The position numbers and the translations under genes are program-made. Shown here piece by piece: positions 15,526 through 22,315 of a stretch of 22,315 nt of DNA. The notes under the pieces are model-generated. The model worked only from the letters and a program-made list of their open reading frames with translations. It did not search any database and had not been told where the DNA came from. How positions within the stretch are numbered: the stretch's first letter is position 1; each line of letters starts with the position of its first letter. The DNA is from an uncultured virus (IMG/VR IMGVR_UViG_3300005549_000001) (taxonomy: Duplodnaviria; Heunggongvirae; Uroviricota; Caudoviricetes): IMG/VR virus record IMGVR_UViG_3300005549_000001, one strand, 5' to 3'.

Positions 15526-16191
15526 ATGAAGCGCACGCGGGAGCAGTGGGTGTCGCTGTGCAGGTGCGTGAGCTCTGGATTCATCCCGAGCACGGGAAGG
15601 GCGACGCTCTACGACAGCGGCGTCGAGTACGTGAAAACGTTTCTCGAGCCCTCGGGTGCGCTCGGCGGCAACGATCGCGTCGTCGACGTCGGCTGCGGCA
15701 ATGGCCGACTCGCCATGGGACTGACCGAGCGGCGCGGCGTGCAGTACTTGGGACTTGACGTCGTCCGCGAGTCGGTAGACTTCTGCGCTGCCGCGTTCGA
15801 GGGCTTGCCTGGCTTCAAGTTCGCGCACCTTGACGTTCGCAACTCCCGGTATAACCCCGCCGGCAAGCAGGACGGCGCGCGGATGACGCTGCCGCTGCCC
15901 GACGGTTGGGCGACGCTCGTCGTCGCCTCGAGCCTCTTCACGCACATTGCAAACCCCCTCGTGACGAAGCGCTACCTCTCCGAGATGCGGCGCGTGCTCG
16001 AGCCCGGCGGCAAGATGCTGACGACGTGGTTTGCCAACCCGCCTAACAGGCTCTCGGGCAACGAGGCGCGCGTCGTGCGTCGGCAATCTGATATTGAGGC
16101 GCTGCTAGAACCTGACGAGGTCGTCTGGCAACACGGCGGCGAAACGACTGAGCACCACGACCAGTGGATGCTTCTCACAAGGGTGGCGTGA
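15526..16191 (+). CDS. Class I SAM-dependent methyltransferase
   Basis: VVDVGCGNGR, YLGLDV, SSLFTH, RVLEPGG. Confidence 0.9.
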   Translation: MKRTREQWVSLCRCVSSGFIPSTGRATLYDSGVEYVKTFLEPSGALGGNDRVVDVGCGNGRLAMGLTERRGVQYLGLDVVRESVDFCAAAFEGLPGFKFAHLDVRNSRYNPAGKQDGARMTLPLPDGWATLVVASSLFTHIANPLVTKRYLSEMRRVLEPGGKMLTTWFANPPNRLSGNEARVVRRQSDIEALLEPDEVVWQHGGETTEHHDQWMLLTRVA

Positions 16192-16769
16192 GCCTCGTCT
16201 CGGTCATCATTCCGACGATCGGGCGCCCGTCCCTCAAGAACACCGTCGAGTCCGTGCGGGCTCAGACACACCAGCCCGTTGAGGTGATCGAGGTAGTCGA
16301 CGCGCGCAGGCGCGGCGCAGCTTGGGCGCGCAACGAAGGAGCTCGCAGAGCTCACGGCGAGTTCCTCTTTTTCTGCGACGACGACGTCCGGCTGGAGTCC
16401 CGGGCACTCGAGATGCTCGTCGCGGCTCTCAGGCATTTGCCGAGCGCCTCGTACTCGTACGGCTGGTACGTGATGGGCCCCCACGTCATCAGCCGCGTCA
16501 AGTTTGATGCGGTCAGGCTCCGCAAGAAGAACTTCATTTCGTCGATGGCTCTTGTTCGCGCCTCGCACTTCATCGGCTTCGACGAGAAGCTGCCGCGCTG
16601 GCAGGACTGGGATCTTTGGCTCCGAATGCTGCGTTATGGTCGCGTTGGCGCATTTGTGGACGCCAAGATCTTTGAGACGACATTTGATCCGAAGGGGATC
16701 AGCGGCAACGCGCGCGCTCTAGAAGTGGCCCGGGGCGTCTTGCTCAAGCGGCACGGGATTCAGCGATAG
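16188..16769 (+). CDS. GT2 glycosyltransferase
   Basis: VSVIIPT, GAAWARNEG, EFLFFCDDD, FDEKL...QDWDLWLR; GTGA overlap. Confidence 0.9.
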   Translation: MSLVSVIIPTIGRPSLKNTVESVRAQTHQPVEVIEVVDARRRGAAWARNEGARRAHGEFLFFCDDDVRLESRALEMLVAALRHLPSASYSYGWYVMGPHVISRVKFDAVRLRKKNFISSMALVRASHFIGFDEKLPRWQDWDLWLRMLRYGRVGAFVDAKIFETTFDPKGISGNARALEVARGVLLKRHGIQR

Positions 16770-17907
16770 AGCGCGTCCAATTGGCGAGGCTACGACCGAC
16801 GTGCGCCGCTCGGTGCCGCTCCCAGCCCGGCCAGGTCCGCGTGCCGCACGCGTGCTGGCCGCGGGCCGTCTGCATCGCCTCGACGAGGTCGTCGAGGTCG
16901 TAGTCGATGTAGGTCGCCCCCTCACCCCACGGGTAGCTAAGATCTGCTGCGATCAGGCCAGTGGCCGATATACAAATGTCTACTTCCGGATCGAGGAAGT
17001 CCTCGGGGCCGCCGCTCGCCGTGCAGATGAGGCGCCGCCCCGCGAGCTTGGCTGCCCAGGCACCGAGCTCGAGGCCCTCGCCGCGGCTCGCGCTGACGTA
17101 GACGTCTCCGTCGGCGTGCACCCCGAGCATCTCCTCGCGGGAGAGTCGGCCCTCGACGATGCATACATCTTCCCACACGTTCGAACCGGTCCAACCATTT
17201 CGATAGACGTCGGGCTGGCCGAGCTCGTAGTCGACGATGCGCCAGGGGCTCGGGTACTCAGCGATGTGCTGGATGGGGCTCGTCTTCAGCGTGAGCTTGG
17301 ACTCACCCGGGGCGAAGGCTCGCAGGAAGGCGCGGATGATGTTGTCCGGGGTCTTGCGCGGCTCAAATCTGCCGATGTTGTAGAAGTGCTTCGGTTCGCG
17401 AACAGGCTTGTCGAGCTCGAGGTGCGGGTCGTCGTCGAAGAATGGGTAAGGGATCAGCGCGACGTTGTGAACGCCGGCCTCGCGGAGCACGAGCTCGTTC
17501 ATGCGGCACTGCACCCACACGCCCGAGAGCTGGTTCATCTTCTCGACGAGCGCCGGCTCGATGTAGCGCCTCTCGAACACGCAGTAGAAGGCCTGCGGTT
17601 CCTTGTTCGTCATCATTGCGTCGAGCACGCCGAGCTTGTCCGAGGACAGCAGCGCGCAGGAGAAGACGTGCAGGTCGACGCCGCGGAGCTGCTGCTCCGT
17701 CGTCAGCATGGACAGGGGGTGCTCCCCCGTGAGTGCAGGAAGGAGCTCGTTGAATAGCTCCTCGTCGAGACCGACGGCGTTTGGTCGCTGCCAGTCGCGG
17801 AGCAGCACGTCGAGACCGCCGAGCTGCATGGCCCGGGCGTAGGCCCTCGACGCGATGGACCAGCCGTCGGCTGGGTGCATCCACGGCGTATTGAAGAGGA
17901 CCTTCAA
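16744..17907 (-). CDS. GT4-like (GT-B) glycosyltransferase
   Basis: NIGRFEPRK, DVYVSASRGEG, GGPEDF; TTG start abuts the upstream stop. Confidence 0.85.
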   Translation of the reverse strand: MKVLFNTPWMHPADGWSIASRAYARAMQLGGLDVLLRDWQRPNAVGLDEELFNELLPALTGEHPLSMLTTEQQLRGVDLHVFSCALLSSDKLGVLDAMMTNKEPQAFYCVFERRYIEPALVEKMNQLSGVWVQCRMNELVLREAGVHNVALIPYPFFDDDPHLELDKPVREPKHFYNIGRFEPRKTPDNIIRAFLRAFAPGESKLTLKTSPIQHIAEYPSPWRIVDYELGQPDVYRNGWTGSNVWEDVCIVEGRLSREEMLGVHADGDVYVSASRGEGLELGAWAAKLAGRRLICTASGGPEDFLDPEVDICISATGLIAADLSYPWGEGATYIDYDLDDLVEAMQTARGQHACGTRTWPGWERHRAAHVGRSLANWTRSIAESRAA

Positions 17908-18348
17908 CTAGTTTCGCTTCTCTACGGCGAGAGAGGCGAGCACCGAGTCACCCGCGTCACTCTGCGCCACCAGCTGGATGACATCTCCCGCGTCGAGCTC
18001 GACCAGGACAGTGATCGCTCCGGATCGGACGCCAGGATTCTCCGCGGAGTCGAGGGCTATCTGAGAGCCGTTGCGGAATATGGCAATGATGTCCAGACCC
18101 GCGCCGCTCCAGAAGTGCGTCGCGTAGATCGCGTAGACGCCGTCCTGCAGGACGTTGATCGCGTCACTCGCGAGGTCAGGCTCGAGCGCGGGGCCGATGT
18201 CGAAGTCGATGGTGTCGAAGTCGACGAATCCGCCGCCTCCGGGTGGTGTGAAGGGGGTGGCGTTCGAGATCTTCGTCGCGGAATATAAGGCTGCGCCGGG
18301 AGCGCCTCCTCCGGGAGAGCAGATCGTGGGACAGATGGGGGCTACCAT
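17908..18348 (-). CDS. C1q/TNF-like beta-sandwich protein with N-terminal CPTIC
   Basis: VDFDT.DFD, DGVYAI, IFRNG and VELDAGDVIQL follow the C1q strand pattern. Confidence 0.75.
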   Translation of the reverse strand: MVAPICPTICSPGGGAPGAALYSATKISNATPFTPPGGGGFVDFDTIDFDIGPALEPDLASDAINVLQDGVYAIYATHFWSGAGLDIIAIFRNGSQIALDSAENPGVRSGAITVLVELDAGDVIQLVAQSDAGDSVLASLAVEKRN

Positions 18349-18352
18349 GACA

Positions 18353-18838
18353 TCACCCTACGCACGGCCGGAAGATGCTGAGCGCCGCGCTGTTCAGGAG
18401 CACGCCCTCGAGCGCGCCGTTTTGCACTACGAAGAGTTGGACGAGATTTCCTGCGCCAAGAGCGAGAGATGTAGCCACGCTCTGTGTTGAAGGCGCCGGG
18501 CCCAGTGCGTGGACGAAGGCTGCCCTTTGGACGCCGTTCACGTAGATGAACGTCGTTGCGAAGGCTCCGGGATCGCCCGTCGCACCGAAGTTCATCGTGA
18601 AGTTGACGGAGTAAACGCCGAGCGCGCCAGCCACCACGCCGTCGTTCGGCAGGTCGGCGAAGCTCGGAGGAGTCTCGAAGTCGACCGTGTCCATGTCCAC
18701 GTCACTGAGCCCACCGTTTAGGAGAGCCTGTGGCGTCGACGAGCTCACGCCCGCGCCAGTCTCTAAGCAGGGTGTGCCTACAGGTCCACAAGGCTGAGCC
18801 ACGGTGCTGCAGATGGTATTCGTGATGGGTGTGGGCAT
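18353..18838 (-). CDS. C1q/TNF-like protein with N-terminal TNTIC
   Basis: VDMDTVDFE, GVYSVNF, IYVNG, LALGAGNLVQL. Confidence 0.75.
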   Translation of the reverse strand: MPTPITNTICSTVAQPCGPVGTPCLETGAGVSSSTPQALLNGGLSDVDMDTVDFETPPSFADLPNDGVVAGALGVYSVNFTMNFGATGDPGAFATTFIYVNGVQRAAFVHALGPAPSTQSVATSLALGAGNLVQLFVVQNGALEGVLLNSAALSIFRPCVG

Positions 18839-18850
18839 GTTGAACCTTCT

Positions 18851-19363
18851 TTAGATGCGGCTGGCTAGGATAATCAGCGCCGAGATCAGGGTGGCGTACT
18901 CGCCCGCTATGAAGCCGCCAATAGCGACCTGTAGGGTATCTCCCGGTTCGAGCGAGAGCATTTTGTCGGCAGATCCTGAAAATGACAGAAAGAGGTTTGC
19001 CGAATCGATCGTACCCTGCTGCACGGTGTCCAGAACGATTTCTCCGTTCTTCCGCAGCATCGAGAAGAAGGGTGTTTTTGCTGGAGAAGACGTCACGGTG
19101 ATAGAGATCGCGTAGCTGACACGCGCCCTGAGCGCCGCGGTGCCCACATATCGAAGAACTCCGGGAGCTGGACTGTCGAAAAAGTTACTCTCGGGACTGA
19201 GGCTGCCCTCGGGCACCTCGTGCGACTCGGAGGCGGCTTGAGTGAAGTTGAACGAGGGAGGCGTCGTCGAGGCAGAGAGGGAGAGCTCACCGACGACGAA
19301 GGGCACGCCGCTCCTGGCCCCTGGCGACGTCCCCGTAGAAGTGTCTGCGATGGGAATGGTCAT
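18851..19363 (-). CDS. TNF/BclA-like beta-sandwich protein (170 aa, starts MTIPIADT)
   Basis: AGGAG SD; LRKNG and LSLEPGDTLQV; paralog of 19366..19884. Confidence 0.7.
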   Translation of the reverse strand: MTIPIADTSTGTSPGARSGVPFVVGELSLSASTTPPSFNFTQAASESHEVPEGSLSPESNFFDSPAPGVLRYVGTAALRARVSYAISITVTSSPAKTPFFSMLRKNGEIVLDTVQQGTIDSANLFLSFSGSADKMLSLEPGDTLQVAIGGFIAGEYATLISALIILASRI

Positions 19364-19365
19364 CG

Positions 19366-19884
19366 TCAGCTCCTCGTGGCGACGATGCTGAGCCCCGAGA
19401 CGAGCATGCTGTAGGTCGACCCGGGTGTGAATGCCGCCAGGCCTATCTGGAGCGTGTCGCCAGGCTGCAGGGTGAGGAGTGTGTCGCTCGAGCCCGTGAA
19501 TGCGATGTCCCCCTCGGCGCCGATGTCGAGCGACATGAGCTGCAGCGTCGAAAGCACGTTGTCGCTGTTGAGGATGAGATTCGATAGGAAGAGCGACGCT
19601 GTGACGCCGCCAGTCGCGGAGAGCCACACGGCCGAGAGCGCGTAGCTCACGCGGAAGCGCAGCGGCGCTGTTCCCACGTACTGCAGCGTGCCAGGTGAGG
19701 GGTTCGTGAAAAGGTTGCTGTTTTCTGCGTCGAGCGTGCCAACCGTTACTGGGTGCTGCTCGCTAGCAACCTGCGCGAAAGCGAATGCTGCGCCCGTCAT
19801 GTCCCCGAACGAGACCTCGCCGGCGACGAAGAGGGGTCCGCCACCAGCGCCGGGTGAACCTCCGCAGATCGTTTCGCACTTCAT
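19366..19884 (-). CDS. TNF/BclA-like beta-sandwich protein with N-terminal CETIC
   Basis: GTLQYVG, RVSYALS, LTLQPGDTLQI. Confidence 0.7.
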   Translation of the reverse strand: MKCETICGGSPGAGGGPLFVAGEVSFGDMTGAAFAFAQVASEQHPVTVGTLDAENSNLFTNPSPGTLQYVGTAPLRFRVSYALSAVWLSATGGVTASLFLSNLILNSDNVLSTLQLMSLDIGAEGDIAFTGSSDTLLTLQPGDTLQIGLAAFTPGSTYSMLVSGLSIVATRS

Positions 19885-19888
19885 CTTT

Positions 19889-20209
19889 TTACGCTCCCGG
19901 CATGAGGGTGTACGCGATAACGGCGGCTACTCCAAGTACGAGTGCCGCGGCTCCCTTGTTCGGAGACCTGCTGCCGAGCCAGTATGCGGCCGTGAAGATC
20001 GCGAGGTCGGTCGCGACGTTGAGCGGCGACTCGGGCCTCTTGCTTCCGAAGAGCACCGAGCCGCGCGGCCACTCGTGCGCGTACTCGATGACCTCGTAGG
20101 CCACGGCGCCGCCGAACGCGGTGAGGGGAGAGACGCCGAGCAACCCCGTGGACAGGCCGGTCAGGCCGTGCACGGTGCTCCAGGCATCGAGGGCGGACTC
20201 GTTGATCAA
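19889..20209 (-). CDS. Small polytopic membrane protein, DUF2585-like putative metal-dependent hydrolase (106 aa)
   Basis: TTGA overlap start; DAWSTVH...YEVIE...ESPLNVATD within hydrophobic helices. Confidence 0.6.
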   Translation of the reverse strand: MINESALDAWSTVHGLTGLSTGLLGVSPLTAFGGAVAYEVIEYAHEWPRGSVLFGSKRPESPLNVATDLAIFTAAYWLGSRSPNKGAAALVLGVAAVIAYTLMPGA

Positions 20210-20679
20210 CCGCCACCTGAGATGATGTCGACGATCTGATCGCGGATGCAGTAGCTCATCTCGAGGTCCCATCGGTACGTACCAGCGGCTCCGTCGACCT
20301 GAAACTGGAGTGTGTTGCCGCTGACGTTGAAAGCGGTAGCCAGACCTGCTGAGAGAGATTGCAGCGTTGTGTTTTGCTGCAGCACGGTGAGTCCTGGAAG
20401 GATGTTGTCCGCGTCCCAGCGCCGGGCCATGCCGCGGAAGTACACGAAGCCTCCCTGCACGCCGTCGACGTTGTCGATCGTCTTCACGACGTAGCCAGTT
20501 ACCGTGACCTCGACGAGCTGTTCGTCGGCTACCGCCAGGTCGAACTCCGGCACAATCATCAGTGTGTCGCCCTCGGTGAAGACCGTGGCGCAGCGAACCG
20601 GGCAGCAGCCCCCTCCTTCGGCAGCTACGGCTTGTTGTGCTGGGCTGCCGCAGATTGTGCTGCACTGGGGGGCTATCAT
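20206..20679 (-). CDS. Beta-rich putative virion protein with N-terminal CSTIC (157 aa)
   Basis: Start MIAPQ at 20679; beta-strand pattern ending TLQFQVDGAAGTYRW. Confidence 0.7.
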   Translation of the reverse strand: MIAPQCSTICGSPAQQAVAAEGGGCCPVRCATVFTEGDTLMIVPEFDLAVADEQLVEVTVTGYVVKTIDNVDGVQGGFVYFRGMARRWDADNILPGLTVLQQNTTLQSLSAGLATAFNVSGNTLQFQVDGAAGTYRWDLEMSYCIRDQIVDIISGGG

Positions 20680-20686
20680 GGTTTTG

Positions 20687-20696
20687 ATGGTACCAT
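20687..20696. promoter_or_regulatory. Palindrome ATGGTACCAT, candidate bidirectional extended -10 element
   Basis: Reads TGgTACCAT on each strand, exactly 7 nt before ATG 20704 (+) and ATG 20679 (-). Confidence 0.6.
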
Positions 20697-20703
20697 GACC
20701 CGC

Positions 20704-20961
20704 ATGAGGCACACCAGCAGCCGGCGCGCAAGGAGACCGGACCCCCTCGCCCGGCTCCGAAAGATCGCCGATTTAGCTGAGTCCGACCCCTCTCGTTTTC
20801 GTGAGGAGTGTCGGCAAGTGGCGTCGAAGCTCGGCGTGGGCGTCGAACAGCTCTACCGGCTCGAAAGCGATCCGGAATTCAGGAAGGCCCTGAAGGAGAT
20901 GGCCGTTAATGCGGCACTTTCAGGTGCGGTCAAGCTCGCCCGGCGCGCGCTCGGTATCTAG
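20704..20961 (+). CDS. Small helical, possibly HTH protein (85 aa, starts MRHTSSRR)
   Basis: Fills the gap between two minus-strand genes; QVASKLGVGVEQLYR is HTH-like. Confidence 0.6.
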   Translation: MRHTSSRRARRPDPLARLRKIADLAESDPSRFREECRQVASKLGVGVEQLYRLESDPEFRKALKEMAVNAALSGAVKLARRALGI

Positions 20962-20962
20962 C

Positions 20963-21787
20963 TTAGACGAGCCCGGGGCCGTAGCGGGCCGTCACGTAGG
21001 CGTCGAGCTCGGCGAGTTCTTGAACGGTCGGCTGCCTGTCGAAGATTGCGAAATCACAGACCTCAATGTTGGCGAAGGAGGACAAGTTGGCCGCGGCGCC
21101 GAGAACGAAGTTTGCAGCAGGATCGGTGTTACCGGCGTTCGCAGTCGTTTGCGTCGCGCCACCGACCTTGGTGTAGTCGCTGACGCTGCCCGAGAAGTAA
21201 ATCTCGAGCCGCTTGTAAACGTTGAGCGTGAGCCCGCTGTTCGGGTTTACGCCAAAAGCGCCAGCTCCGGCGTCGTTTCTCATTGCAATGACGGGCGTCC
21301 CGCCGGGCATGTGCTGCAGCACTGCAAGCGAGCTATTGTTGCCGACACCGGCTCCCCACAATCTGTCGCCGCCGGTCCAGGTCACCTGGCGCAGCACGGC
21401 CCAGTAGAAGGTGCGAGTCGTGGCAGGCGCGGGCAGGTCGAGCAGGGCGTTGGCGACGTCGTCGTTGACCCCGTCGAAGAGGACGGATGGCGTGGCGTTA
21501 GGTCCGCCGGTCGCGTTGAACGTCGGCTGGTTTGCCCCGACGGCTTGGATCAGATCGAAGCCGTTCCCGCTTCCGTCGGTCCACGAGCTGACGGTGCCCC
21601 CGTTGAGTACCAGGAGGTCGCCGCGCCACCAGGCGACCGTACTGGCGCCCATGATGCTCGCGGGTGTTATCGGAGCGGGCGGAGGCACCGGGGGAATCGG
21701 CGTCACCACAATTCTGTTGCAGATCGTCTCGCAGGACTGCGCGCAGGACGTGCGACAGGGTCCGTCGCAGTTAATTTGACAAATCAT
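20963..21787 (-). CDS. LamG/concanavalin-A-like protein with a Cys-rich N-terminus ending CETIC (274 aa)
   Basis: AWWRGD...VSSWTDGSGNG...Q.....QP...FDGVND...YVTARYG, a typical phage LamG-like pattern; GAGGA SD; Pro-rich linker. Confidence 0.8.
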   Translation of the reverse strand: MICQINCDGPCRTSCAQSCETICNRIVVTPIPPVPPPAPITPASIMGASTVAWWRGDLLVLNGGTVSSWTDGSGNGFDLIQAVGANQPTFNATGGPNATPSVLFDGVNDDVANALLDLPAPATTRTFYWAVLRQVTWTGGDRLWGAGVGNNSSLAVLQHMPGGTPVIAMRNDAGAGAFGVNPNSGLTLNVYKRLEIYFSGSVSDYTKVGGATQTTANAGNTDPAANFVLGAAANLSSFANIEVCDFAIFDRQPTVQELAELDAYVTARYGPGLV

Positions 21788-21957
21788 TGTCCTCGTTTCC
21801 TCTGCTCCGCGAGCTTCTTGTCGGCGTCCCTCTTGATCTCGTCGAGCATCTGCTCGGCCTCGCCGTACTTGCCGACTTGCTTTTCTATCCCCTTGACGAC
21901 GCTCGAGCGTATCGATCTCCCCGACGGGAGCCTCTGCGGCAACTTGTCTTCGGGCAT
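21784..21957 (-). CDS. Small charged protein (57 aa, MPEDKLPQRL...EQRKRGQ)
   Basis: Hand-translated; ATGA overlap with the 21787 start; fills the gap. Confidence 0.65.
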   Translation of the reverse strand: MPEDKLPQRLPSGRSIRSSVVKGIEKQVGKYGEAEQMLDEIKRDADKKLAEQRKRGQ

Positions 21958-21968
21958 GCGGCTTGATC

Positions 21969-22295
21969 TTATCTGCGCTGGAGTAGCGCTGCAACGGTGC
22001 CCTTGAGCTCGCCGATCTTGTCGATGAGCCGCTCGCGCCGGTCGCTGTCGAGGTTCGTGTAAGCTGTAAATTCTTCGACCGTGAGATAGTCCTTCAGGGC
22101 GTGTTCCACGATCTCGCGCACGCGCTCGTCGGAGAGGGTCGGCAGCCTCTTGTCCTCGAGCTTCTTCATTTCCTCCCGGAGAAGCTTTAAGTCCCTCTTG
22201 TTTTCACGACTTACGCGCGCCTTCGTCGTGAAGTACGTGCTCACGGCCGAGCCCAGGGCGACTCCGACAAGGGTCGCTATTTGGGCGGCGTCCAT
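21969..22295 (-). CDS. N-terminal TM plus coiled-coil protein (108 aa; phage membrane or lysis-associated type)
   Basis: One N-terminal hydrophobic helix then charged helices; TACACT 6 nt before the ATG. Confidence 0.7.
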   Translation of the reverse strand: MDAAQIATLVGVALGSAVSTYFTTKARVSRENKRDLKLLREEMKKLEDKRLPTLSDERVREIVEHALKDYLTVEEFTAYTNLDSDRRERLIDKIGELKGTVAALLQRR

Positions 22296-22315
22296 GTCAG
22301 CAGTGTAGCCTATAA

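Larger units (their letters stand above)
1..22315. mobile_element. Segment of a phage/provirus genome (probably temperate; possibly tailless and membrane-containing)
   Basis: Dense small ORFs with ATGA/GTGA/TGATG overlaps; DUF932-like, tyrosine recombinase, SLT-like, glycosyltransferase and C1q/LamG-like genes; no housekeeping genes. Boundaries not visible. Confidence 0.8.

Noticed and set aside
482..22006. Many long alternative-frame or antisense ORFs (e.g. 668..1567, 8491..9693, 14821..16086, 16801..17757, 20909..22006)
   Set aside because: Arg/Ala/Pro-rich shadows of better-supported genes, as expected in GC-rich DNA.
21969..22295. Holin call
   Set aside because: One TM plus a coiled coil is not diagnostic, and the SLT-like gene is about 13 kb away.
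1..22315. CRISPR array, DGR/retron reverse transcriptase, transposase, defence system
   Set aside because: No regularly spaced repeats and no RT, DDE, nuclease or Cas motifs recognised.

Overview
GC-rich, densely packed, virus-like DNA with about 45 mostly short, translationally coupled genes and no host housekeeping genes. Layout: (i) 1-3916, a minus-strand 'early' block of small hypothetical genes and a DUF932-like protein, with structured intergenic RNAs including an 87-nt tRNA-like element; (ii) a ~560-bp divergent non-coding region; (iii) 4477-7870, a plus-strand block with a tyrosine recombinase, a DUF1360-like membrane protein and an HExxH peptidase-like protein; (iv) 7803-13461, a minus-strand block with a lytic-transglycosylase-like protein, several single-pass membrane proteins sharing an [LV]GQ motif, an alpha/beta-hydrolase and an HExxE zincin-like protein; (v) 13458-17907, four glycosyltransferases and two SAM methyltransferases; (vi) 17908-21787, six beta-rich putative spike or receptor-binding proteins (C1q/TNF-like, LamG-like), five sharing an N-terminal (C)xTIC peptide. 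No terminase, portal, tail, capsid or packaging ATPase gene is recognisable. My best inference is part of a temperate, tailless, membrane-containing (PRD1-like architecture) virus, possibly of a myxobacterium. Main leads: the shared CxTIC peptide on different head domains, the tRNA-like element, recurrent leaderless promoters including a symmetric bidirectional one, and a KKVYKQP motif that is also an 18-bp inverted repeat. All family assignments come from motif recognition by eye; no searches were run.
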